Part shown: positions 50,851 through 60,639 of the stretch, in pieces | Position numbering within the stretch: the first letter of the stretch is position 1 | Layout: every line of letters starts with the position of its first letter | Position numbers and translations under genes: made by a program | Notes under the pieces: generated by a model | What the model was told of the DNA's origin: nothing | Seen by the model: the letters and a program-made list of their open reading frames with translations, nothing else | The model's database searches: none | Assembly (NCBI GenBank): GCA_963666315.2 | Contig: CAXXHG010000046.1 | Coordinates: 96,001-160,000, forward strand | Direction: 5' to 3' | Source: Candidatus Binatia bacterium | Lineage (GTDB): Bacteria > Desulfobacterota > Binatia > Bin18 | DNA length: 64,000 bases

Positions 50851-51075
50851 CTAGACCTTTTGATCGTGCCGACCCAGGCATTCCATGGCCGAGTTCCACC
50901 GGCGCACAAGGCGGTCATCCGGTCCGGAGGCGGCAAGCGTAGCGACGACCGTTGCCCGCGCCACTTGCTTCGCACTCTCCGTCACCGCCTTGTGTGGGAT
51001 ATCGCGGCGTATGACCATGTCAGAGTCTTCTTGGACTTCTCTCCACGTCCCATCAGGGTTTGGATAAAAAGGCAT
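50851..51075 (-). CDS. Small hypothetical protein
   Basis: 74 aa with strong RBS AGGAGG. Confidence 0.5.
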   Translation of the reverse strand: MPFYPNPDGTWREVQEDSDMVIRRDIPHKAVTESAKQVARATVVATLAASGPDDRLVRRWNSAMECLGRHDQKV

Positions 51076-51260
51076 TTTCGCCTCCTTTCTGAGCGCTGCC
51101 GATACGAGCAGAAAATGTCCCCAATATGTCCTCTTGTGTCCGCCTACTCGCTCTTCTTGCTCCTCTTTGCCCCTCTTGCCCCAGCTGCCTTAATCCCGCC
51201 ATATGCCTGTCTCTTATAAGAAGTCAAGGCATGGCTTCGGTCGAATATGCTCGCCGCTTT

Positions 51261-51932
51261 TTAATCCACAATGATGTGTTCTGTGGTGATAATAAATGGG
51301 AGTTTCGTGCCATCGATAAAATTCGCCTCATCCGCACGCGTCGTCTCGTATTCCGCTAAAGTGGCTGAGGTGCGCATGGCCTGCGTGTCGTCAAACCAGG
51401 TAATAGCAATGCCGTCGTAGACCGGAGTTTTTCCTGCTTTGTACACAGACAGCCGGGTATGGCTTTGAACATAGCGTTGGACCACAGGAATCGCCGCACC
51501 AAGCGGACCGTGGATATCGCGCCAGTGCTTTTGAAACGTCTCGATCGGCATATCCGGTTTATGGGTGACAAATTCCATGTTCTTGACCGCATTGAGCGAA
51601 ATCTCACCGTCCTTGATGACATGCTCTTCCGTAATAATGGAGCCCATGGTTGAGACATCCATAAAATTCGGCTCATCGGCCCGTACGGCGGCGTATTCCG
51701 GCGTGCCGGCTTGGGTACGCATCACTTGGGTGTCGTCAACCCACACCTCAGCCACCCCGTCGTACACGGGCTCGCCTTTGCGGTAGCCGGACAGCAGGGT
51801 GTGCGACTGCACATAGCGTCGAATACCCGCCAGCTTCACAACCTCCTCAGCATGTTTCGTCCGCCAATATGCCTGGAATGCGTCAACTGACATTCCCTGT
51901 TTCCGCTTGAAAAACGACATGAGTTTGACCAT
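51261..51932 (-). CDS. Tandem EthD-domain protein
   Basis: Two repeats of F..(Y/H)W...H...RYVQSHT...YDG. Confidence 0.9.
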   Translation of the reverse strand: MVKLMSFFKRKQGMSVDAFQAYWRTKHAEEVVKLAGIRRYVQSHTLLSGYRKGEPVYDGVAEVWVDDTQVMRTQAGTPEYAAVRADEPNFMDVSTMGSIITEEHVIKDGEISLNAVKNMEFVTHKPDMPIETFQKHWRDIHGPLGAAIPVVQRYVQSHTRLSVYKAGKTPVYDGIAITWFDDTQAMRTSATLAEYETTRADEANFIDGTKLPFIITTEHIIVD

Positions 51933-51951
51933 GATCTGTCTCCTTTCTACA

Positions 51952-51996
51952 GTAGGGGCGAAGCGTTCATTCTATTTGATGAATGCTTCACCCTAC
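51952..51996. repeat. GTAG...CTAC imperfect palindrome (REP-like)
   Basis: GTAGGGGCGAAGCGTTCAT...ATGAATGCTTCACCCTAC. Confidence 0.75.
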
Positions 51997-52074
51997 ATTC
52001 CCACATTGAGGCCCGAAAGCCAAACGCGTATAAAAGTCTAACGGCATGGCGGACAGCAACACAAAGGAGGACCT

Positions 52075-53118
52075 ATGATTTCGGTTGGTTACCTTCCTGA
52101 CACCCATGGAGGGCCCTATCAACAGCCGGAACCGAGCCCCCAGCGCTCGGCCGATTTTGCTACCCAACTGCTTAAAGAAGCCGAACAAGCGGAAAAGTCC
52201 GGCTTTGACGCTCTCTTTGTTCCGGAACGACATGCCCGCACGGAATGCATGTTTCCTTCGACGCTGACACTGATGACCGCTTTTGCGACTCGCACCGAGC
52301 GGGTCAAAATCGGCTCCTACATCATTATGCCCCCGCTCTATAACCCAGTCCATTTAGCCGAACAGGCCGCCATGATTGACGTCCTCTCACGAGGCCGGCT
52401 GATTATGGGCGTGGGTGTAGGCTATCACGCTGACTACTTCAACCACTTCGGCGTACCCATTAAGGAGCGCGAAGGCCGCTTCGAAGAATGTCTCGAAATC
52501 ATGAACAAGGCCTGGACAGCCGAGGGGCCGACCGAACACCACGGCAGGTATTACGACTATGATGCCATCCACGTCACGCCCAAGCCGTATCAAAAACCCC
52601 GTCCCCCCATCTGGATCGGCGCCTTTGGCCCCAAGTCGATAGCACGTGCCGGTCGGCTCGGCGATGTGTGGTGTATGGCTCCATTTTTCGACAGCTTTGA
52701 TACCCTCAAAGCCCAGCTTGAGATATATCAGGAGGCAGCCATCAAGGCGGGCAAAAAACCGTGTATTGCATTGCTGCGCGACGGTTGGCTGGCGTCCAGC
52801 ATGGAAGAAGCCGAAGAGACGTTTGGCCGCCTGTGGGTTGAGGAGTGTAAGTTTTATCTGCGGATGGGCATGCTCACACCAAGCAAAGATTTTCAGTCTG
52901 AGTCGGACTTCACCCTAGACAAAGTACGCAAATATATGGTGATAGGCACCAAAGACGACTGGCTCGAACACCTCGGTCTATGGCAGAAAGAACTCAGCGT
53001 TGAGCACTTTGTTCTCCGCTGCCGGGTGCCGCTTGGGCCTCAGCCGGAGCAGGCGCTGGAATGTATCCAGCGGCTGGGGGAAGAGGTCGTGCCGCACATC
53101 AAGACACTGGCAAGTTAA
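52075..53118 (+). CDS. LLM-class flavin-dependent oxidoreductase
   Basis: PERH, NPVHLAEQAAMIDVLSRGRL, PKPYQKPRPPIWIG. Confidence 0.93.
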   Translation: MISVGYLPDTHGGPYQQPEPSPQRSADFATQLLKEAEQAEKSGFDALFVPERHARTECMFPSTLTLMTAFATRTERVKIGSYIIMPPLYNPVHLAEQAAMIDVLSRGRLIMGVGVGYHADYFNHFGVPIKEREGRFEECLEIMNKAWTAEGPTEHHGRYYDYDAIHVTPKPYQKPRPPIWIGAFGPKSIARAGRLGDVWCMAPFFDSFDTLKAQLEIYQEAAIKAGKKPCIALLRDGWLASSMEEAEETFGRLWVEECKFYLRMGMLTPSKDFQSESDFTLDKVRKYMVIGTKDDWLEHLGLWQKELSVEHFVLRCRVPLGPQPEQALECIQRLGEEVVPHIKTLAS

Positions 53119-53183
53119 GAAAATTGAGCGAGTTAAAAAAATTGAGCAAGTTCAGCAAGTTAAATAAGTTCAGCACGTTCAAC
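53112..53183. repeat. Degenerate 9-bp tandem array (8 units, approx. AAGTTCAGC)
   Basis: aagttaaga aaattgagc gagttaaaa aaattgagc aagttcagc aagttaaat aagttcagc acgttcaac. Confidence 0.8.
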
Positions 53184-53202
53184 GAGCGAAGAGGGCAACT
53201 GT

Positions 53203-54393
53203 ATGGATTTTCAATACACGCCGGAACAAGAGATCTTTCGAGCTGAAGTACGTGGCTGGTTAGCAGCCCATGTATCACCGGATCTGTGTATCGATGATCC
53301 CAAAGATGAGCGTGTCGCGCCTGATCACGAAACGTTTGTGAAACAGCGCGCCTGGCAACGCTAGATGTATGACGGCGGCTGGGTCGGGATTTCCTGGCCC
53401 AAAGAATATGGCGGGCAGGGTGCGGACTTGCTTGAGCAGGTCATTTTCGACGAAGAATACTCAAACGCCCACGCACCGATCTTACCCGGTTATTCCGGTA
53501 TCGCGTTATGCGGTCCGACCCTGATGCACTGGGGCACGGATGAACAAAAAGAGCGTTTTCTGAATCGCACCCTGAATGGCGGTGATGTGTGGTGTCAGGG
53601 CTATTCCGAACCAGGCGCGGGCTCGGATCTAGCCGGACTGCAAACCAAGGCGGTGGCTGATGGCGACGACTTTATCATCAACGGCCAGAAAGTCTGGACC
53701 TCGGGCGCGCAGTACGCGGACTGGATTTTTATGCTCGTCCGTACTGACCCTGATGCTTCCAAACATAAAGGCATCAGCTATATGCTGGTCAATATGAAAA
53801 CGCGCGGCGTAACGGTTCTGCCTTTGGTGCTGATGAACGGCCACTCGCATTTCAACGAAGTCTTCTTCGAAGACGTCCGAACTCCCAAAGCTAATCTCGT
53901 CGGTCCACTCAACCAAGGCTGGAAAGTCGCCATGACCACGCTCATGTTCGAGCGAGCCTATGCCGGAGTCGGCAATTACGGCGATCAGATCGGCCGCCTA
54001 GTCGAGCTGTCAAAACGGGTCCACATCAACGGCGGCCCGGCCTGGGAACAGTCGTGGGTCCGGCAGAAGCTGGTCCAGTTTCAAATTGAGAGTGAAGCGC
54101 TCAAATACACCCGTCTCCGTGGTCTGACCAAGATGCTCAAAGGCCAGCCACCAGGACCGGAAGGCTCCATGCTCAAACTGTGCGGTTCAGAGCTGGGAAT
54201 TGATATTGCCGCGTTTGCCAGTGAGTTACTCACCGGCGCAGCCGTTACCAACGAAGCGACCGAAACCGTACCCGACGCCCCACGCTGGTTCAACCGCGTC
54301 CTCAGCGCCCGGCAGTACACGATAGCCGGCGGGACGAGTGAAATTCAGAAAAATATTATGGGCGAGCGGGCGTTGGGGTTGCCGAAGGGGTAG
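53203..54393 (+). pseudogene. Acyl-CoA dehydrogenase with in-frame TAG 53362-53364
   Basis: MDFQYTPEQEIFRAEVRGWL...AWQR*MYDGGW; WCQGYSEPGAGSDLA; TIAGGTSEIQKNI. Confidence 0.85.
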
Positions 54394-54403
54394 TCTCAAA
54401 CCT

Positions 54404-54991
54404 GTCGGGCGCGGGAACCGCGCCCCTACGGTGCATCCAGGGGGTTTTCTGAATCCTCAAGCCAGCGCATAGGGTTGTTCGCTATATATTGGCGGGTCGC
54501 ATGCAGATCGTCTTCGTTGCGGATGATGTGTTCGTAATAATTGCGTTGCCAGACTGGAACACCCGGCATCCCGTGCATCTCATTTATTCGTTTGGTAGAT
54601 TCGTATTTGAAAGACGCCACAATTTTCCCCAAAGGCATCACCGTTCCTGTGCAGGGGCGGGGTTCCCCCGCCCTGGCATCGATCAATTGAATGATCCCAT
54701 GAACATGGTTGGGCATAACAACGAACGCGTCGCATTCCACATTGCAATATCGACGCGGTAAATCGTTCCAACATTCTCCGACAATCTTTCCGTACTCATT
54801 GAGGATGACGGTTCCGTCTAATAACCTGTCCGAATACACAGTCCCGTTGACGGGTACACATAGTCAGGAAATAGGCTCCGGTTTGGGCATAATTGTGGCC
54901 TGGTGATCGGAGGGAGCGTCGATGGTGTTTGTTGGGGTTATAGGGCATGGTTGCTCGTAGACCGGACAGGGCGCGGTTCCCGCGCCCCTAC
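54404..54991 (-). mobile_element. RAYT locus: REP-associated tyrosine (HUH/Y1) transposase flanked by and containing REPs
   Basis: REPs at 54404-54429, 54651-54674 (in gene) and 54968-54991, all of the G(T/C)AGGGGCG..GG(TT/GA)...CGCCC type. Confidence 0.85.
54426..54948 (-). pseudogene. RAYT transposase, frameshift near 54820
   Basis: MPYNPNKHHRRSLR...AYFLTMCT / VMPNHVHGII (HUH), WQRNYYEHIIRNE, YIANNP. Confidence 0.9.
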
Positions 54992-55149
54992 GAATTATTC
55001 TTTCCCCTCGACCCTGGCTAAATCGCGTCTCGCTTGGTTCGCATGCGGTGAACCGATATTTTCAAATATCGTCAAGGCTTGCTGAAAAAATTGCGCCGCT
55101 TCTATCTTTTTTCCTTGGCTCTCGGAAAGTAAACTTGACTGCCCAAAAG

Positions 55150-55581
55150 AGAGCGCAATGCCCTGCTGGGTGACTTGGACTCCTCCCGCAACATCCCCAT
55201 CACAACCGTGTCGAAGTAACGCTCATCATAACGATCTTGGCGGAGAGTGGCTTCGTGGCTGAAACCGGCTCTTTTTAATCTTCGGATCGCGTGGTTATCA
55301 CAGGCATCAACGTGGAGTCAGATGCGGTTCATGTCGAGGGTCTCAAACGCATACTCCGCAACGAGATGAACTGCTTTAGCCTCATACCTCTTCGGTGTTT
55401 GGGCTCTGCTCGCCAATAAAAACCCTAAGACTTCTTTGGCGGACCGATCAGGCAGGCGATAGAAGAGATCGAGAGCCGTTTGTACTTCTGAACGAGCCAG
55501 CCACTTGGTCAGTGTAGGCATGTCTCCTCGCTCAAGGGGTCTGAGGTAGATGCGTGTTCCGATAAGAAAGGCGTTGTGCAT
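55150..55581 (-). pseudogene. RimJ/RimL GNAT acetyltransferase remnant with internal deletion and in-frame TGA at 55318-55320
   Basis: LIGTRIYLRPLE...YAFETLDMNRI*LHV...AGF..EA.LRQD. Confidence 0.7.
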
Positions 55582-55592
55582 TATCCATTCAT

Positions 55593-55704
55593 TTCCCCTC
55601 TTGAGAGGGGTGCCGCGTAGCGGCGGTGTGTGTTTCGGGCGGACGAGGGAGCCCACCCCAGCCACCGACCAAAGGTCGGACGGCCACCCCTCCAAGGAGG
55701 GGAT
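55593..55704. repeat. CCCCTC-N-GAGGGG paired-hairpin repeat
   Basis: CCCCTCTTGAGAGGGG and CCCCTCCAAGGAGGGG; related motifs near 60367-60402 and 61488-61504. Confidence 0.65.
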
Positions 55705-55739
55705 TTTTCAGACAGAAGCTAGTCCCTCGTAAATGTTAA

Positions 55740-55919
55740 TCGTTTCTCTTCTCCCACTCGTCTCGCACTATCACCATCACGCGTGTCCCAATGGCGGCCG
55801 GAATAAAAATGGTCCTGGCGCGGAACGCCTTCGGATTGAAAACCCGCTTTTTCATATGCGCGTATAGCGTGCGGGTTGTACTCGTATACGAATAACTGAA
55901 CACGATTCAGATCGAGCAC
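55740..55919 (-). pseudogene. GNAT acetyltransferase C-terminal fragment
   Basis: LNRVQLFVYEYNPHAIRAYEKAGFQSEG. Confidence 0.75.
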
Positions 55920-56067
55920 GACAAAGGGCGCAGAGAGATCTCTCGTCCTATGAGAGGCCGCCTTTTCATAGTCATGTCAGACCCTTGCCCGCGGTTCCTG
56001 ATTCTCCAGGAAAGGAGAGAAGCTGTCTATTTGCTTTGTTTCGTTCAGCTTGGTATATGAATGAACC

Positions 56068-56112
56068 ATGCTGAATCGTCCAAACAACCAGAATTGGTGG
56101 TGGCTACCTTAG
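56068..56112 (+). CDS. trpL: Trp leader peptide MLNRPNNQNWWWLP
   Basis: Three tandem TGG codons in a 14-codon ORF upstream of trpE. Confidence 0.9.
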   Translation: MLNRPNNQNWWWLP

Positions 56113-56148
56113 GAGGTGGCCCGGACGTAGTGTAACGACTCTACACGG

Positions 56149-56183
56149 AGCCGCCTGAGATATGAGGCGGCTTTTCGTTTTTT
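56149..56183 (+). terminator. trp attenuator terminator
   Basis: AGCCGCCT-GAGATATG-AGGCGGCT + TTTCGTTTTTT; upstream AGGTGGC can pair with GCCGCCT as antiterminator. Confidence 0.88.
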
Positions 56184-56253
56184 TGGACCGCCACCTCATC
56201 AAAGGTTGCGGTCTTTTTCATATAGGCCCGGCTCCAGAACAACGGAGGATAGT

Positions 56254-58461
56254 GTGGCCAATATTTCGTCCCGACTGCAAAACATCGATCATTATCACAC
56301 CCGAGGCGGCGTGACCGTCCACCGAGTGGTCGACGACCTACCGGTGGCAGACACCATCGAGCCTGTCTTAGATGCACTCGACAGCCAGCGCGGCGTCCTG
56401 TTTACCTCAAGCTACGAATATCCCGGTCGGTATACACGCTGGGATATGGGCTTTATCAACCCACCCTTGGCCGCGGTCTGTCGTGGTCTGGACTTTCGGG
56501 TGTCAGCTTTAAATGAGCGTGGGGCGCTGCTCTTGCCGATGATCACGGCAGTCGTCCAACATCTCCCCGCAGTTGCCTCGTTTGAAATCCAGGGCCAGGA
56601 CCTCAGCGGCACCATCAAACCGACGGCGGAGCGCTTTCCCGAGGAGCAGCGCAGCAAGCAACCGTCCATCTTCTCGTTGCTCCGCGCCTTGATTGAACTC
56701 TTCTATAGCACCGCCGAGCCGCATCTCGGTCTGTATGGCGCATTCGGCTACGATCTGGCCTTTCAGTTTGAACCCTTAAAATTACGTCTCGAACGTCCGG
56801 CTGACCAACGCGACTTGGTGCTATATTTGCCGGATGAATTGATTGTCATCGACCATAGGCGCGAGTGGGCTATGCGCCGACGGTATGAGTTTGAGGTGGA
56901 CGGACACTCGACGCATGGCATGCCACGCACAGGCGAAAGTCAGCCGTATACCGGTCAGGGAAAAGTAAAACAAAGCTGTGACCATGAACCAGGAGAATAC
57001 GCCAAACGCGTCGCGGCTGCCAAAGAAGCGTTTAGATGCGGCGACCTCTTTGAAGTCGTCCCTGGACAAACCTTCTTCGAGCCGTGCCAAGCTTCTCCGG
57101 CCGAGCTGTTCCGGCGTTTGCGTGAACGTAACCCTTCCCCGTATGGTTTTTTGATCAACCTGGGACAAGACGAATACCTGGTTGGAGCCTCGCCCGAAAT
57201 GTACGTGCGGGTAGAAGGCAACCGGGTTGAAACATGTCCGATCGCCGGCACAGTCGCTCGTGGCAAGGATGCACTTACAGACGCAGACCAGATCCTGGAG
57301 CTGCTCACCTCAAAGAAAGAGGAGTCGGAACTGACCATGTGTACCGACGTGGACCGTAACGATAAATCTCGCATCTGCAAGCCGGGCAGCGTGCGCGTCA
57401 TAGGCCGACGCCAGATCGAGATGTACTCGCGGCTCATCCACACGGTTGATCATGTTGAGGGCTATCTGCGAGAAGAGTTTGACGCCCTGGATGCCTTTTT
57501 AGCTCATACCTGGGCGGTGACGGTCACTGGCGCGCCCAAAGCCTGGGCCATGCAGTTTATTGAGGATCATGAGAAATCGCCCCGCGCCTGGTATGGCGGC
57601 GCAGTCGGCCTGATCCGGTTTAACGGCAGCCTCAACACCGGTCTCACCTTACGCACGATTCGCCTCAAAGGCGGCGTCGCCCAAGTGCGGGCTGGTGCTA
57701 CCCTCCTGTACGACTCTGACCCCGAGGCCGAAGAGAAAGAGACGCATATCAAAGCCTCTGCATTTCTCGACGCCATCCGACGCCCACGTGGGTTTACTCC
57801 GGAAAAAGGGATGCCTTTCCCACTAACTGGCCAAGGCAAGAGAATTCTCCTCATCGACCATCAAGACTCGTTTGTGCATACCCTGGCTAACTATTTTCGT
57901 CAGACCGGGGCTGAGGTTACCACTTTGCGCGCCGGTTTTCCACAAGACGCACTCGACGCGCAACGACCTGACCTTGTGGTGCTCTCTCCTGGTCCCGGCG
58001 AGCCAAAAGACTTCCAAGTTTCTGAGACCTTAACCGCTGTGTTGCAGCGCAACCTGCCGGTTTTCGGCGTGTGCTTGGGTCTGCAAGGCATTGTGGAACA
58101 CTTCGGCGGGCAGCTGTCCGTCCTGCCCTACCCTATGCATGGCAAGTCCTCGTTGATTCACGTGCTAGAGATACAGATTGGTGAAATTGATGGACGGATT
58201 TTTGACAACCTACCTCGCGAATTTCGTGCCGCACGCTATCATTCCCTGTTTGCCGTACAGGAAACACTACCGACCGTGCTGCGCGTCACCGCAGCAAGTG
58301 AAGATGGCGTAGTCATGGCCGTTGAGCATTCAGATCTGCCCATAGCCGCTGTGCAGTTTCACCCGGAGTCTATTTTGACGCTTCAGGAGGATCTTGGCTT
58401 ACGTCTTATCCATAATGTAGTGGCTGTGCTGACTGCGCCGCGTAAGGCACAGGCAGCATAA
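56254..58461 (+). CDS. trpE: Anthranilate synthase, fused TrpE(G)
   Basis: SSYEYPGRYTRWD, NPSPY, ASPEM, VTVTGAPK; GAT domain SPGPG, GVCLG, QFHPES; GTG start after GGAGG. Confidence 0.95.
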   Translation: MANISSRLQNIDHYHTRGGVTVHRVVDDLPVADTIEPVLDALDSQRGVLFTSSYEYPGRYTRWDMGFINPPLAAVCRGLDFRVSALNERGALLLPMITAVVQHLPAVASFEIQGQDLSGTIKPTAERFPEEQRSKQPSIFSLLRALIELFYSTAEPHLGLYGAFGYDLAFQFEPLKLRLERPADQRDLVLYLPDELIVIDHRREWAMRRRYEFEVDGHSTHGMPRTGESQPYTGQGKVKQSCDHEPGEYAKRVAAAKEAFRCGDLFEVVPGQTFFEPCQASPAELFRRLRERNPSPYGFLINLGQDEYLVGASPEMYVRVEGNRVETCPIAGTVARGKDALTDADQILELLTSKKEESELTMCTDVDRNDKSRICKPGSVRVIGRRQIEMYSRLIHTVDHVEGYLREEFDALDAFLAHTWAVTVTGAPKAWAMQFIEDHEKSPRAWYGGAVGLIRFNGSLNTGLTLRTIRLKGGVAQVRAGATLLYDSDPEAEEKETHIKASAFLDAIRRPRGFTPEKGMPFPLTGQGKRILLIDHQDSFVHTLANYFRQTGAEVTTLRAGFPQDALDAQRPDLVVLSPGPGEPKDFQVSETLTAVLQRNLPVFGVCLGLQGIVEHFGGQLSVLPYPMHGKSSLIHVLEIQIGEIDGRIFDNLPREFRAARYHSLFAVQETLPTVLRVTAASEDGVVMAVEHSDLPIAAVQFHPESILTLQEDLGLRLIHNVVAVLTAPRKAQAA

Positions 58462-58565
58462 AGAACAGGTCCGCCCGGTTTGGAGAAAATCTCGTTAAGA
58501 AAGAACTCACTACTCTCCTTGGAGCTTATAAGAGGAGGTAGCGTTCGGTATTGAAATTCCACACT

Positions 58566-58596
58566 GTAGCCTGGATGGAACGGAGTGGAATCCGGG
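58566..58596 (+). repeat. GTAG-headed REP family B
   Basis: GTAGCCTGGATGGAACGGAGTGGAATCCGGG. Confidence 0.85.
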
Positions 58597-58682
58597 GCAT
58601 GCCTGAAAAGGTGAGCCCAGACTTTTTGTACACTGTAACCTTTCTCCCTTCTCAAACGTGATAATGGGTAGGAGGACAGGTT

Positions 58683-59125
58683 ATGTCACACACCCAATCG
58701 TCTGATGTTGCTATTGTCGGCGGTGGTCTGGACAAGACACGCCAGACGCTTGAGCGGTTTTTGTTCGGTCTGGCCAACCAAGATACGGCTGCCATCGAAT
58801 CCTTGCTCGCCGCAGATGTCCATGCGCTGAGCGACGGTGCTGGAGAATTCTTTGCCGCCCGGGTGCCCATCATCGGTCGGGAGCGCGTCATGCGCTTCTA
58901 TATAAACACCTCATAAACACCTCGGCCAGGCATAGCGCCCAATTTCGAGCAGAACTCCAACTCATCAACGGCCTACCCGCTTTGGTCGCAGAATGGACGC
59001 AGGCACGACCGGGACAGCCGCCGCGCATGGTTTTGCACTGTGAGGTAAATCCGAGTGGCCAGATTACCGGCCTGCACGCGGTCGTGGCCACACGCAAACT
59101 CACCGCGATTCAATTTTCCCACTGA
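58683..59125 (+). pseudogene. Chimeric remnant: FAD-oxidoreductase N-terminus fused to an ECF41/SigJ-like SnoaL C-terminal domain
   Basis: SDVAIVGGGL, then LLAADVHALSDGAGE..PIIGRERV..NGLPAL..RKL; 11-bp tandem duplication ATAAACACCTC at 58902-58923 breaks the frame. Confidence 0.7.
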
Positions 59126-59281
59126 ACGCGGCCACCCAGCTGCGGAATGACCCTGGTAAGGAGCCTGAATCGGAAGCAGAAGCTGGGGTCATTGTTCTTC
59201 AGCTTTGCGGAAGATATGGAAGAGGCAGATCGAAGGTTTGCCTTTGTAAAAGAGCACTATCATGTTGGATAGCGCTTAGCC

Positions 59282-59413
59282 GTATAACAAGGCATTAAAC
59301 GCGGACGTGGAATAGCGCGGTCCGATCTATACTGTACCCTTTAGCATCGACCTCTTCCGGCTCGGCCCAGTCGGAGGCGCTATGCCCCGCCGCTTATGCC
59401 CGGTCCGGTATGC
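59282..59413 (+). other. Degenerate integron attC-like site
   Basis: GTATAAC-AA-GGCATTAAACGCGG ... CCGCTTATGCC-CGGTCC-GGTATGC, with inner TAGCGC/GCGCTA and TCCGA/TCGGA pairs. Confidence 0.6.
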
Positions 59414-59427
59414 GGCGGGGAGAGGCC

Positions 59428-59896
59428 ATGCGAGCGGACAGTGTACTGCGGGGCGCATTATTCGTCGCTGTCTACTTCGTCGCGCTGCCGGGCGCCTTCA
59501 TAGCACTCAACGAGCGGCTCCGTTGGCCGCGCTGGCAGGACCCTGTCCTCATAGCAGTCGGCACGCTGCTCATTCTGGCCGCACTGGGCGTCTGCCTCTC
59601 TTGCGCTCGGCTCTTCTGGCGTCTCGGGCGCGGCACCCCTGTACCGAGTGAGCCACCAGGTCGTGTCGGGGCTTTTTCGCTTCTCGCGCAATCCGATGTG
59701 CGTTGCCTACATTGCCCTCGGCGCGGGCATCTTCTTCATTGCGGGCCACCTGACTCTGCTGTTGTACCCACTGGCCTTATGCCGCCTAGCGGAGATCTAT
59801 CTAGTCAAGATCGAGGAACCACGTCTCGTGGAGCGATTCGGAGCGGAATACGAGGAATACTGCAGGCGTATCCCGCGGTGGCCGCGCCTGGGCTAA
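59428..59896 (+). pseudogene. Isoprenylcysteine carboxylmethyltransferase (PEMT/ICMT) family membrane protein, frameshifted near 59660
   Basis: GRGTPVP.EPP / VVSGLFRFSRNPM..., EEPRLVERFGAEYEEYCRRIPRW. Confidence 0.8.
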
Positions 59897-60203
59897 ACCT
59901 GACCGCTTCGCCCTCTTACGTCCCCCCGTTGTCTACTGCGCCACGAGCAAATAGCGGCTTTGAGCTGTGTATGCCGTGCTGGTCGGCCCCCTGGTCCCGC
60001 ACTATGATGTGGGCGGCTTTCTGGCCGGGCTGCTGCTCGACGTGATGGTAGTGTGTTACCGCCGCAGCCTGGACCCGGCGCTGAGGCACCGCGGCTAACT
60101 GACTCGGCCGTAGAGGAACGGAGTGGCAGCGCCAGCAAGCTTTTCCCGTCTTGGGAGCTGACAAAGGTAGGTAGAATTCCGGAAGGTGTTGAAATCCCAC
60201 TAT

Positions 60204-60304
60204 GTAGCCTGGATGGGACGGAGTGGAATCCGGGGAATCCGAGCGCACACTCCCCCCCGGGACGGACGGTATTCCTGGACTCCGCTTCGCTACCTCCAGG
60301 CTAC
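60204..60304. repeat. Inverted doublet of REP family B (REPIN-like)
   Basis: GTAGCCTGGATGGGACGGAGTGGAATCCGGG ... CCTGGACTCCGCTTCGCTACCTCCAGGCTAC. Confidence 0.8.
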
Positions 60305-60435
60305 ACAATCTAGGGAGAGGGCGGCGGAGGCGGGTAAGGGTCGCTCAGATGAAGATTTCCTTTAGATTCCCCTCACCTTCATCCTCTCCCCTGAGGGGCG
60401 AGGAAAAAAGAGGCACAGAGTCGCGTACAGCATTA

Positions 60436-60572
60436 AGTTTCGTAGGATAGGTGGAAGCGGAGTCTCACCCACCGAACAGCTGGTGGGTCTGGGAGGACCC
60501 ACCAGCTGTTGCGCAATGCGCAGAGAGCTCCTGGACGCCACCCCCGCCGGGCGCTGAAGCACCAGGCTCAAC
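60436..60572 (+). repeat. ~140-bp direct repeat, copy 1
   Basis: Aligns with 61506-61650. Confidence 0.9.
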
Positions 60573-60639
60573 ACTGAGCTGTTCATGCTTGACCTCATAT
60601 TCTGAGACTCTTACCCTGGTGCTGAGAGAGGAAGGCCTG

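Noticed and set aside
20639-53364. TAG recoding (pyrrolysine or Gln) suggested by three in-frame TAGs
   Set aside because: TAG ends many intact genes here (e.g. 7225, 21361, 54393); the three sites correspond to different expected residues; TAA/TGA stops and frameshifts are equally common; the hydrolase with a TAG also has a frameshift; no pyl genes in the window.
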